The notes below the pieces were generated by a model. That model had not been told where the DNA came from. It was given only the letters and a program-made list of their open reading frames with translations, and ran no database searches. A stretch of 64,000 nucleotides of DNA from Candidatus Poribacteria bacterium (GTDB lineage Bacteria; Poribacteria; WGA-4E; WGA-3G): assembly GCA_965197475.1 (NCBI GenBank), contig CBDANF010000003.1, positions 3,840,001-3,904,000 of the forward strand, written 5' to 3'. This document shows positions 19,419 to 29,045 of this stretch, one piece after another; position 1 is the first letter of the stretch; every line of letters starts with the position of its first letter. A program made the position numbers and the translations under genes.

Positions 19419-21746
19419 ATGATCTATAAAACCTTTTCATATTGGCTGTGGTTCACAGGTTTTGGGGTTTTAGCATTGGTACTTGCCACAGTACCACTGT
19501 TTAATATCCTTGCTTTCGAGTTTTGTGCGATTATTACACTCTGTATAACTTTTGCTGGTGCACATGTGGCAATGACCGAATTACAGGTTATGAAACGGGA
19601 TCCGGATGTTCTCACTGGATCGCCTCGTCATATAGTTCTGAGGTGTTTTTTACGTGCATTGAGGTCTAATGCTCTATTACTCATATTACCACTTACCATA
19701 ATCTTACTTAATGCGTTCCGCGTTAAAAACTGCAATTTTACCGAAGGATTTCTTTTTTTCTTCATATTGCCAATACTCAGTTGTGTTGCTGTAACGGCAG
19801 CTGGCGTGTTTTTCAATATCTGGATAGCAAAACGGTGGCTTGCATATCTGGCATATCTCGCGTTTCTGATTCTTTCATGTGTTCCTGCCATAACAAATTT
19901 GATTTTTCATCCGCCAGTATTTGCTTTTCATCCTATTCTCGGATATTTTCCTGGACCAATTTACGATTTTGTGATTCCAATTACATCTGTGCTGTTAACA
20001 GCACGAGTAAAAACGCTTTTATGGGCAATACTATTCTTAACAATTTCAATCTATGCATGTGAAGTTGGCAGGGAAACAAGTTTCGTTCCTAAACTTCGGT
20101 GGCGAAACCTTATACAACATCCTTCTGAGAATTCACTTTGGCGAATTATATCGGTATGCGTATTGGTTGTGGCAATAGTCAGTTTCGAATTTTTCTCAGG
20201 GAAATTATGGATACGTCCAACGCGTGGCGACATCGCACAAGAATTGGGTGGCTATAGAGAAACAGCGCATTTTGAAATCTTCTATGCCCGTGAACTTGAG
20301 GAAGAAATAGATCTATTTGCGGACGATTGTGAGTTTCGTTATACTCAGTTGTCTGGCTATTTGCAGACACAAATTTCAAGGAAAGTTCGCGCTTATCTGT
20401 ATGCGTCCCCTGAACAGAAAAAAAGACTGATCGGGGCTGGGAGTACATTTGTTGAAGACCCGTTTGGTTACGGATTTCACATCCATTCACTAAGTTTCCC
20501 ACATCCTGTTCTAAAACATGAACTTGTCCACGTGTTGACTGCCGATTGGTCACCTTGGAATGTTAGTTTGAACGTAGGAGTCCACGAAGGCATCGCGGTT
20601 GCTGCAGACTGGGATGAGGGAAAACTTACAGTCCATCAATGGGCTAAAGCAATGCATCAATTTAAGGTTGCACCACCCCTCTCCAGTGTCATGAGTATCG
20701 GGTTTTGGAGACACGCGAGCTCGCGAAGTTATCTGCTTGCAGGATCCTTTATCCGTTTCCTTGTGAACACTTATGGATTAGATAAGTTAAAAAGTGCTTT
20801 TCCGTTTGGGAATTTGTCGAAAAGTTTCGCGAAAGATTTGAGTGTTTTGGAGAGAGAATGGACTAAATTCTTATTAAACGAAGTGACTTTGCAAGACAGC
20901 GAGATATCTTATGTCGAACGCCGTCTAAAACACGGCGGAATCTTTGAACAAGTATGTGCTCATGAAATGGCGGCATTACGAGAGAAATCTTGGCAGGCAT
21001 TTTATAGGAAAGATTACGTTTTTGCAGCCCAAACGTTTCAACAGATGCTGTCGGATGAACCTGATAATTCAATAACATTGCGAGGATTGATGTTCAGCAC
21101 ATTTTACACCGGAGATTTTGACCTTACTATATCCCATGCAAAACGAATTATTTCTAATGAAAAAGCATCTTATAGAGCTGAGGCGGCACAACTATTAGGA
21201 GATATTTATTGGCTTCAGGCTAAACATGAAGATGCGCTATCTGCCTATACAAAAGCAGTTTTGCTCGCGCCTCGCGAAACAGTAGAACAGAATCTTTTCA
21301 AACGTAAAGCGGCACTTTCGGAAACTTATACATCTGATTCAAAAAGACGGTTGCGGCGTATTCTTATTTCAAACACTCATGCAGAACGCATTGGGAGTGC
21401 AACAAAAATGGCTTTACTACAGCAAGTTATCGGTGCTGAACCTGACGCTTGGTTAGCCTATTTTTTGGCAGGGGAGTTACTTCATAAAGAAAAGGCTTGG
21501 GAGCTAAGCACACAATATCTCCACCATGCGTTAGACTTGAGCCGAAAAAAAGATAAGGAGATAATACCACCTCAACTTGCATTGAAATCCCGTTGGTTAT
21601 TGGGGATCAATGCATTTCGCCAGAAAGATTACAAAATTGCCGAAAAAATGTTTTCAGCAATAGCGACCAATCAAACATTATCTTTGGGAACTAAACTTTC
21701 TGCACAAGATTGGATTCAACGGTGTCAGCATGCCCGAAAGATGTAG
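19419..21746 (+). CDS. Polytopic membrane protein fused to a gluzincin-type metallopeptidase domain and TPRs
   Basis: About 7 hydrophobic helices; HELVH...HEGIA zinc motif; SY..AGSFIRFL; C-terminal TPR-like helices. Confidence 0.75.
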   Translation: MIYKTFSYWLWFTGFGVLALVLATVPLFNILAFEFCAIITLCITFAGAHVAMTELQVMKRDPDVLTGSPRHIVLRCFLRALRSNALLLILPLTIILLNAFRVKNCNFTEGFLFFFILPILSCVAVTAAGVFFNIWIAKRWLAYLAYLAFLILSCVPAITNLIFHPPVFAFHPILGYFPGPIYDFVIPITSVLLTARVKTLLWAILFLTISIYACEVGRETSFVPKLRWRNLIQHPSENSLWRIISVCVLVVAIVSFEFFSGKLWIRPTRGDIAQELGGYRETAHFEIFYARELEEEIDLFADDCEFRYTQLSGYLQTQISRKVRAYLYASPEQKKRLIGAGSTFVEDPFGYGFHIHSLSFPHPVLKHELVHVLTADWSPWNVSLNVGVHEGIAVAADWDEGKLTVHQWAKAMHQFKVAPPLSSVMSIGFWRHASSRSYLLAGSFIRFLVNTYGLDKLKSAFPFGNLSKSFAKDLSVLEREWTKFLLNEVTLQDSEISYVERRLKHGGIFEQVCAHEMAALREKSWQAFYRKDYVFAAQTFQQMLSDEPDNSITLRGLMFSTFYTGDFDLTISHAKRIISNEKASYRAEAAQLLGDIYWLQAKHEDALSAYTKAVLLAPRETVEQNLFKRKAALSETYTSDSKRRLRRILISNTHAERIGSATKMALLQQVIGAEPDAWLAYFLAGELLHKEKAWELSTQYLHHALDLSRKKDKEIIPPQLALKSRWLLGINAFRQKDYKIAEKMFSAIATNQTLSLGTKLSAQDWIQRCQHARKM

Positions 21747-21824
21747 AACGAATCCTGATATAACATAGAGTAACAAGGGAGACAAAATCATCTCTACCGA
21801 TCAGTAGGAATGTAAGGAGGAATT

Positions 21825-23744
21825 ATGAAACTTTTTGTGCCAGGACGTATCTGCCTTTTTGGTGAACACAGCGATTGGGCAGCTCGTTATCGACTAAATA
21901 ATGCAGAGCTTGAGAAGGGGTATACCCTAATCACAAGCACGAATCAAGGGGTCTACGCTGAAGTACAACCGCACCCAACAAGCCTCATTTTGAAAACGAG
22001 TCTTAGCGATGGCACACGCCACGGCCCCTATACTTTGCCGATGGAACCTGCAGCATTACTTGCAGAAGCGGAAAAAGGGAGCTTTTTCAGCTATGCTGCG
22101 GGAGTCGCCTATCAGATACTCACTAATTACCGCGTCCAAGGATTAGAGATTGATAACTATCTGACAGATTTACCTGTAAAAAAAGGGCTTTCCTCAAGTG
22201 CAGCTATCTGCGTGTTGGTTGCACGTGCTTTTAACCGAATATATGACCTCAAAATGACGACGCGCGGAGAGATGGAATATGCCTACCGTGGTGAGACTAC
22301 TACCCCTTCAAGGTGCGGAAGGATGGATCAAGGATGTGCGTATCAACATCCAATCCTCATGAGTTTTGATGGAGACCTGATTGATGTTCGAGAATTCAGT
22401 GTGCCAGCGAACTTATACATGGTAATTGTTGACTTGGGGGCAGGGAAAGATACACTCCTCATATTAAATCAGTTACATCACTGTTATCCATTTGCTGAAA
22501 ATGATTTACAGAAAAGTGTCCAACACTATTTAGGTCCCTTGAGTAAGGAAATCACACACGCCGCTTATGAAGCACTTCGACAGGGAGATGCCAAAGCTGT
22601 CGGAAAGTTGATGACACGCACCCAACATGAGTTTGACAAACATCTGATACCCGCCTGTCCATCACAATTGACTGCACCAATCCTTCACAAAGTTCTAAAT
22701 TATGAACCAATTCAACCATACACATGGGGCGGCAAAGGGGTTGGTTCACAAGGTGACGGATCAGCACAATTCATTGTCAAGGACGAAGAGAGTCAAAGGC
22801 GAGTCATTGAAATCATTGAAAGAGATCTACAGATGTCGTGCCTGAAACTCGTCATTGAGGCAAGCCGACATGTTCGTAAGGCTGTTATCCCAGCCGCTGG
22901 ATTTGGCACTCGACTTTTTCCTGCTTCAAAGGCGATGAAGAAGGAGCTCTTTCCCATTATTGATCGTAATGGGCGCGCTAAACCTGCAATTATGGCAATC
23001 GTTGAGGAAGCTGTTAATGCAGGCATTGAGGAAGTGTGTCTGATTGTACAGCGCGCGGATATAGACCTATTTGAATCTTTTTTTAAAATGCCGCCTCGTA
23101 TTGAACACTACAACAAACTTAGCAAAGAAAATAAGGCTTACTGTGATTACTTAATCGAATTAGGTAGCCGAATTTCTTTTGTCACTCAGGACGTTCAGGA
23201 AGGTTTCGGTCATGCTGTCTACTGCGCTCGTGAGTGGGTTGGGAATGAACCTTTTCTGTTGATGTTAGGTGATCATCTCTACGGTTCTGATGAACCAAAC
23301 TCATGTGCCAAACAGGTCTTGGAGGCTTACGAACGAATTGGGCACAGCGTGTTAGGATTAAAAGAAACACCAATTGAGGAACTCTCGAACTTTGGATGTG
23401 TTACGGGTATATGGAAAGAAGAAGGCTCAATGCTATCAGTCACAGAATTTTACGAAAAACCGGACCCTGAATACGCACGACAACATCTACATGTTGATGG
23501 AATGGATGATAATAGTTTCCTTACAGTATTCGGTATCTATGTCATAGAACCACAGATTTTTGGGTTTCTTGAGCAGAATATTGAACACAACTTCCGTGAA
23601 CGAGGCGAATTTCAACTCACTTCTTGTTTGGATGAATTGCGAAAGGCGGATGGGTTTTCCGGTTATGTTGTGAAGGGAAAACGATTTGACATCGGGCTTC
23701 CAGAGGAATATCGCCAATCAGTGATTGACTTTAAAAATGCATAG
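21825..23744 (+). CDS. Bifunctional GHMP sugar kinase / UTP-sugar-1-phosphate uridylyltransferase (GalU-like) fusion
   Basis: N-terminal GRICLFGEHSD, PVKKGLSSSAA, GRMDQ; C-terminal KAVIPAAGFGTR, GFGHAV, LGD, EKP, GEFQLT. Confidence 0.88.
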   Translation: MKLFVPGRICLFGEHSDWAARYRLNNAELEKGYTLITSTNQGVYAEVQPHPTSLILKTSLSDGTRHGPYTLPMEPAALLAEAEKGSFFSYAAGVAYQILTNYRVQGLEIDNYLTDLPVKKGLSSSAAICVLVARAFNRIYDLKMTTRGEMEYAYRGETTTPSRCGRMDQGCAYQHPILMSFDGDLIDVREFSVPANLYMVIVDLGAGKDTLLILNQLHHCYPFAENDLQKSVQHYLGPLSKEITHAAYEALRQGDAKAVGKLMTRTQHEFDKHLIPACPSQLTAPILHKVLNYEPIQPYTWGGKGVGSQGDGSAQFIVKDEESQRRVIEIIERDLQMSCLKLVIEASRHVRKAVIPAAGFGTRLFPASKAMKKELFPIIDRNGRAKPAIMAIVEEAVNAGIEEVCLIVQRADIDLFESFFKMPPRIEHYNKLSKENKAYCDYLIELGSRISFVTQDVQEGFGHAVYCAREWVGNEPFLLMLGDHLYGSDEPNSCAKQVLEAYERIGHSVLGLKETPIEELSNFGCVTGIWKEEGSMLSVTEFYEKPDPEYARQHLHVDGMDDNSFLTVFGIYVIEPQIFGFLEQNIEHNFRERGEFQLTSCLDELRKADGFSGYVVKGKRFDIGLPEEYRQSVIDFKNA

Positions 23745-23747
23745 ATT

Positions 23748-26700
23748 CTAAACTTCTGGGAGTGCATACACACCCCATCGCACCTTTACAATCTCACCGA
23801 GTTTGGTAAGCCGCACGAGTTCATGATGTATCGCTGCTGGGTTTCCATCAATAGCTGCGATCATTTCAGCTGCTTTTTTCTCACCATTGGCGAGGAAAGA
23901 GAGGATTTGTTCGCGGAAGGTTGAATCTAGAAGCTTACCGCCCCTGAGCTTTTGTAGCACACGGTGCGCCTGCCTTTCAGAGCATCCCAAGACCTGCTGC
24001 ACTTTGTCTTTGCCGGATTCAGCCGTTAGATTGTCACGTTCCGTTTCAAAACGTTGACGTGTTTCTATCATTTTAGCCAGTCTATCTAACCCGCCAGCTA
24101 TCTCAAAATCTTCCCAATCGAAAAGAAGCGTTTCAGGTCTGTCGGTAATATCTGGCAACGGCAAGCCTGTGAGCAGCATGACTTTCTTACCGGTCTGGCG
24201 ATTCAACTGCGCGTGTCCTACAAATTGCGTGATGACCCGGACCATTGCCGCTTCATAAACACTCTGAACCCGTTCGTCTTTATAGTGATAGGGATCCGTT
24301 TCTCGGTCATAACAGAGCGGTTTGTCATCATTTCCGAACAGCACTTGCGAACGTTCCCAAATGACACCTATTGGTCGCTCCGGCAATCCGATTATCCAGA
24401 TGACATCTGCCCCTTCAGGATCGGTGTTCACACCGACTGTGCTACCGATATCGGTTAGGAAACAGACGTTCTCCGTTGCTACGATCTTCTCCAACTTATT
24501 TTGCATTAGCCAACCCGCGACAATTAGATGCTTAACGCTCGGTTCTCTTTCAATTTCTGCACGAATACCAGCAAAAATGCGTTGTCCTATTTTGGAAACG
24601 CCAATCGCCTTCCATACATTGCCGTAGTCTAAAATTGCCTCGCGTGGATAAAGACCTGTGCGAATCTGAAAAACCTGGTTTCCCGTTAGCCACGGTGTTG
24701 GCTTAATACGACTCACTTCAATATCATCATTTGGAAACGTTTTACGAAGGTGCTGCTCAGAAAGTGTTATTGCCATTAACACAAGTTTTTTTACACTCGG
24801 GTGCAGCACCGGTGGCACCCTGAATCTCAAAACTTTATGCTTCCACCACCGAATCGGTGCGTCAGCATCTCGCGTGTAGGACGCAAAAAAGCACTTGAGC
24901 TGATGCCAATACGTCCAAGTTGGATCCGGACAGACTGTCGGGAATGTCTGAATGCACTGTATGTTCTCAAGACACAAGATACCTAATTGAATTGCTTGTG
25001 CCATCGGCATCGGGATTCTCGTGTCTTCGCTTAGCACGAAATCTCGAAGTGAGAAAACAAGTAGTCCCTTCGCTGTGAGTCTATCTGCGGCGTTTTCGTT
25101 TAAAGGGATGTAAGCAGCGGCACCACCCTCAAACTCAATAGTAAAGCGCGCCAATTCCTTGTCAGTATCTTCATCAACCGTCCCCCGCTTTACCACCCTG
25201 CCCCGCACGTTGACGTGGCACATCTGATAGATAAGTTCTTTTTCTTGCCATTCAAACGTCTGTATCACAGTGCGGACCCGTTTGACAGCATCGCTATGGG
25301 TGTTACCTCTAATTTCTAAAGCATTTAGTAAGGCGTTGGCAAAGTTTCCTAAAGCACTCCCTTGCCAGTTTACAATCCACGCCTCCATTACGGTTCTTGG
25401 GAGTCTACATACCAGGAACAGATCGTACGCCTGCACATGATTGAGGATACAAACCCGATTTTCTGTTTCAAATATCTCTTCAGTCACTTTCGCGTGTTGT
25501 GGATCGAAAAAGAGTTGGGGTGACTCCAATATCTGTGTTTTGGCGCGTTGTAATGCGGCGGGTTGCGATAAATATCCACGTTCCTGACACGCTGTCCAGA
25601 CGGGACACTGCGGACATATAATCTCGCTTGGGTTTCCACCCTTTTCCTCAAGCGTTTGGCACCGTTCTGCATCCTCACAGACATTGCCGTGTTGAAACGG
25701 GTTCACTATACGCACATCAAAAGGTATATCTTTCACCTGCTCCCAGAGATGCATCCGAGGTTTCCAACGGACGACCGATGGCAGATTCTGATTTTGAAGA
25801 CGTTGTTCTGCTTCTTCCGCTAACGTGGCGGTCGGCACGTTTAGGCAGGTTACCCTGTTGTTGAGGAGATGGAATTCTGTATCATCACCTGCCTCAACAT
25901 TAAGTCCGATAATGTGTGCTTTTCTGTCAAACGGACGCTGCAGCTGCGCGGCAGTCTCTTCAGAAGACCCATAAGCGTTTTGAGGAACTTCCGGCTTATG
26001 CAGCATCGGCGCGGGACGTCTTACCGCCAATGGACTCAGTTTTCCTTCCTGCACAACGAGCATATTATCGGAGACAGGTAGTGTAGACGCGAGTGTCGGT
26101 GGCACAATACCGGTCTCGTTCCATATATCTGTTATGGGGGTTGCTTCCATAGGAAGTCCAGCATTAGGAGTTAGGGTGCGGACCCATACAGTGTCCTCGT
26201 TTTCCCACAACAGGACCTCTGTGTTGCTAACATCGCCGCCGTGTTGTGTCCAGTGGTGAAAACCGTTCTCCTGTCGTAAGTACGTGAAACCGCGCTTCAG
26301 AAACGCCTCTTTTGCGAGATCAAGATTCTGTGAGCCGAGGGATGATGGCGTATTAGTGACAATCTGTTCCTGTATGTGGTCGGAAGCTGGTTCGTGCAGT
26401 TTCACGCGGAGTGCATCAAGTGGAGCAAAGAGAACTTCCTTTGAAATCATAGGGGGGTCTAACAAATTTCCCAAGAGAATCTCGTAACGTGCATCCCAAC
26501 GGCTATATCCCTTTTCACCAAATATTTCGAGGTAAACATCTCGGTGATATGGATTTTTCAGGGTCGGTGTGTGTTTATAGGTGTACAGCTTTTCCTCTAT
26601 AGTGTCCGAATGGAGGTAATCCTGGATTCTGCAAGAGAAACGCAGCCCGCCAGACTTTGACAGCGTTAATAGCGGGTTCACAACGGAGTTGACAAGTGCC

Positions 26701-27107
26701 TCAATACAGGCGAAGACGGCATCGGGGGCGGCAAGAATCGCTTCATATTTGAAATCGATATCGTGCCATCGCGCGCTGTTGCGTTCTGAGGGGACACCGG
26801 TGTAAATCTGAATTCCCCAGGATGCGTCCCATCGTCTGGTTCGCCACTCTTTCATCCCTTGGCGTGTGAAGAACCGGTGCCCTCCAAAATCTCTGGGTCC
26901 CCTATCGTAATCGGGTGCGCGCCCTATTGGCATAAAGGAAATTTCCGCCTGCTCCAGGTCATCAAGCAGCACAGGATGCTTGTATGCGCAATAAACTTTA
27001 TACTGATGCGGATAACCTTTGCTCAACATGGCAGGTGTCGGCACCGTTTTCCGCTGCTTAAGCGATTTTTTATGCCGTTGGTGGCAGCATTCAATAATAT
27101 TTTTCAA
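23748..27107 (-). CDS. Large hypothetical protein: degenerate Prim-Pol-like N-terminus, Cys cluster, helicase-like region, C-terminal winged HTH
   Basis: 1119-aa ORF; GIQIYTG, HDIDF, SKSGGLRF, EIFGEKGY; CEDAERC...CPQCPVWTAC; LVRLTKLGEIVKVRWGVY. Confidence 0.6.
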   Translation of the reverse strand: MKNIIECCHQRHKKSLKQRKTVPTPAMLSKGYPHQYKVYCAYKHPVLLDDLEQAEISFMPIGRAPDYDRGPRDFGGHRFFTRQGMKEWRTRRWDASWGIQIYTGVPSERNSARWHDIDFKYEAILAAPDAVFACIEALVNSVVNPLLTLSKSGGLRFSCRIQDYLHSDTIEEKLYTYKHTPTLKNPYHRDVYLEIFGEKGYSRWDARYEILLGNLLDPPMISKEVLFAPLDALRVKLHEPASDHIQEQIVTNTPSSLGSQNLDLAKEAFLKRGFTYLRQENGFHHWTQHGGDVSNTEVLLWENEDTVWVRTLTPNAGLPMEATPITDIWNETGIVPPTLASTLPVSDNMLVVQEGKLSPLAVRRPAPMLHKPEVPQNAYGSSEETAAQLQRPFDRKAHIIGLNVEAGDDTEFHLLNNRVTCLNVPTATLAEEAEQRLQNQNLPSVVRWKPRMHLWEQVKDIPFDVRIVNPFQHGNVCEDAERCQTLEEKGGNPSEIICPQCPVWTACQERGYLSQPAALQRAKTQILESPQLFFDPQHAKVTEEIFETENRVCILNHVQAYDLFLVCRLPRTVMEAWIVNWQGSALGNFANALLNALEIRGNTHSDAVKRVRTVIQTFEWQEKELIYQMCHVNVRGRVVKRGTVDEDTDKELARFTIEFEGGAAAYIPLNENAADRLTAKGLLVFSLRDFVLSEDTRIPMPMAQAIQLGILCLENIQCIQTFPTVCPDPTWTYWHQLKCFFASYTRDADAPIRWWKHKVLRFRVPPVLHPSVKKLVLMAITLSEQHLRKTFPNDDIEVSRIKPTPWLTGNQVFQIRTGLYPREAILDYGNVWKAIGVSKIGQRIFAGIRAEIEREPSVKHLIVAGWLMQNKLEKIVATENVCFLTDIGSTVGVNTDPEGADVIWIIGLPERPIGVIWERSQVLFGNDDKPLCYDRETDPYHYKDERVQSVYEAAMVRVITQFVGHAQLNRQTGKKVMLLTGLPLPDITDRPETLLFDWEDFEIAGGLDRLAKMIETRQRFETERDNLTAESGKDKVQQVLGCSERQAHRVLQKLRGGKLLDSTFREQILSFLANGEKKAAEMIAAIDGNPAAIHHELVRLTKLGEIVKVRWGVYALPEV

Positions 27108-27146
27108 GATGTTTATCTCATTGACATATTTTTGTTAAAGTTTCAA

Positions 27147-27178
27147 TGTTGGGTTTCGCTGCGCTCTGCTCAACCTAC
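27147..27178 (-). repeat. GTAG-type REP-like palindrome
   Basis: Reverse complement GTAGGTTGAGCAGAGCGCAGCGAAACCCAACA; same arms at 42137-42154 and 42227-42240. Confidence 0.7.
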
Positions 27179-27291
27179 ATCTGTATTGTTTATTTTCCGA
27201 TCTACACACGCTAAACATAATATCACAAATCCTCTGCTTAGTCAAGTGTTCGCATCTTCCCCAATCTATTTATTTTCTACTCTCTAAAAAA

Positions 27292-27415
27292 TCAGGACTT
27301 ACGCAATAGGTTCAAAAGTCCCCTTGTAAGGGGGATTTAGGGGGTTAAAAACACCGAAATAACGACTTTTTAAGTCCAATACTTCCTTTTTCTCCCCAAT
27401 TTGCGTAAGTTCTGA
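27292..27415. mobile_element. MITE-like element, 124 bp, with 15-bp terminal inverted repeats
   Basis: TCAGGACTTACGCAA (27292-27306) and TTGCGTAAGTTCTGA (27401-27415), 1 mismatch; internal CCCCTTGTAAGGGG hairpin. Confidence 0.7.
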
Positions 27416-27554
27416 AAATGTATAAATACTATATTATGACATATAAAAAAAGTAACTTAATTATCAATAATTGACATATCCTATATTTTGAAAAGAGAGA
27501 ATTTAACAATGAACTATCAAGTTTTCATCGTGAATCTAATAAGGAGAAAAAGAA

Positions 27555-27797
27555 ATGTGTGAATCTAATTATGATAATATGCGCCTGTTGGCAATCGGCA
27601 TTGAAACAGCGCAATCCATCGACCCTGTCGCGGTTCGCGATGCAATTGCCGCTATCACCGATTACAGTGGTGCAACTCTTATTTCACATTTTGACGAGAA
27701 ACGTAGAGCAGTCAAAAGTGCAGGCATTTTGGTGATTCGTAACGGCATGCCACAACCTTATTCAGTTGTCGCACCCGACACGGATGCGCCTGAATAA
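27555..27797 (+). pseudogene. C-terminal remnant of a branched-chain amino acid (LivJ-like) ABC substrate-binding protein
   Basis: YD...LA..IE.A.S.DPVAVRDAIAAITDYSGAT..SHFD...AVKS matches the last ~75 aa of that family; N-terminal part absent. Confidence 0.65.
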
Positions 27798-27876
27798 CAC
27801 TGATCGACAACTGCGGTTAGAAAACCGCATCGGGCTTATACAAGTTGGCAGCCAACAGTCGGTAAGATTTCTTTGG

Positions 27877-28032
27877 GGAGCACTTTGTAAGCGCGATATA
27901 TCGGCGTTGCAAACGCCTCCCACAAGAGCGTCTGTTCGTTTTCGGACAATAGGAGCGGTGAATCAACGCCAAATGCGCCTGGCAGAATACGCGTATGATA
28001 TTCTGCATGATTTGTCGGAAAATCGCTCCTAC
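27877..28032 (+). repeat. Cluster of REP-like palindromes containing dispersed repeat copy B
   Basis: GGAGCACTTTGTAAGCGCGAT (compare 50770-50793) and AGGAGCGGTGAATCAACGCCAAATGCG...ATCGCTCCTAC. Confidence 0.65.
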
Positions 28033-28128
28033 CGAACAGAATAAGAAAACGACTTGGCATACCAGTATACGGTGCTGAACAAGCAAACGATTTCATAATA
28101 TTATTCAACATAAGAGAGGACAGGTCAG

Positions 28129-28941
28129 ATGAACGCAAAAAAAGGTTTGATTTTGGCTTTAGCGATCTTGGTTTTGCAGACTAATCCCCTTGAAAGCCAA
28201 GTTGTTAAAGACAGACTAGTTAGTTACTGGAGTTTTGATGTTGCAGATGTTCAAGGCAATACCGTTAAAGATCGTGTAGGAGGCAATGACAGAACGATTG
28301 TAGGTGCACCTCGGCATATCAAAGGCAAATTCGGTGAAGCGTTTGAATTCGGAGGGGAACCAGACGCGATTGATGTTGTCTCGCCCGCCAATGGTAGTCT
28401 GGATTTTGGCGATGACAAAGATTTCTCGATGATGGCATGGATCAAAGTTGACAAACCACCAGAATTGGACGGAGCACAGTCTACAATTGTTAGTAAGGGA
28501 GATGGAGGCGGCAACGGCAGGATCCTCTGGAAAATCAGGACGACTCAAGTGAGTGTGACGATTGCGAACGAAGGCGGTGCCGGTCCGATGCTCGACTTTA
28601 TTTCAGCCGGGGAAGTGGTTGATGGAAAATGGCATCATGTCCTCTTTATTGCAGATAGATCGGATACGACTCGCATCTATATTGACGGTAAGTTCGACGC
28701 TGAGGGAGGAGAGACTGAAGGCACAGATATTACCACAGAATCTCCCTTGTTCATTGGCGCATCTGTCCGAATCAACAAAACCACTCGTAGATATTTTGAA
28801 GGGCTAATAGACGAGGTGGGTATCTATAATCGTGCGCTAACAGATGATGAAATCGAACGGAACTTCAATTCAAAAGGACTTGCTGTTAGTCCTCAAAAGA
28901 AACTTGCTATCGCATGGGGAGAGATAAAGGTTTCAAGGTAA
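28129..28941 (+). CDS. Secreted LamG/concanavalin A-like protein with C-terminal WGxIK motif
   Basis: Signal peptide; LVSYWSFD, GKFGEAFEF, FSMMAWIK, DGKWHHV, FEGLIDEVGIYNRALT; tail AVSPQKKLAIAWGEIK. Confidence 0.9.
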   Translation: MNAKKGLILALAILVLQTNPLESQVVKDRLVSYWSFDVADVQGNTVKDRVGGNDRTIVGAPRHIKGKFGEAFEFGGEPDAIDVVSPANGSLDFGDDKDFSMMAWIKVDKPPELDGAQSTIVSKGDGGGNGRILWKIRTTQVSVTIANEGGAGPMLDFISAGEVVDGKWHHVLFIADRSDTTRIYIDGKFDAEGGETEGTDITTESPLFIGASVRINKTTRRYFEGLIDEVGIYNRALTDDEIERNFNSKGLAVSPQKKLAIAWGEIKVSR

Positions 28942-29045
28942 CTAAAGTTTGGACGATTTTTAGATTTTTGTTTAGTTGCTTGGTTATAGTGAATTCCCAT
29001 AATACGTTGATACTATCAAGAACCAAGATCATTCAAAAGAACCTC

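Noticed and set aside
23748-27107. Prophage or integrated plasmid around the primase-like gene
   Set aside because: No integrase, structural genes or att-like repeats were seen in the flanks
27766-28138. Overlapping 89-100 aa ORFs as genes
   Set aside because: They run across REP-like palindromic DNA and show no recognisable protein features
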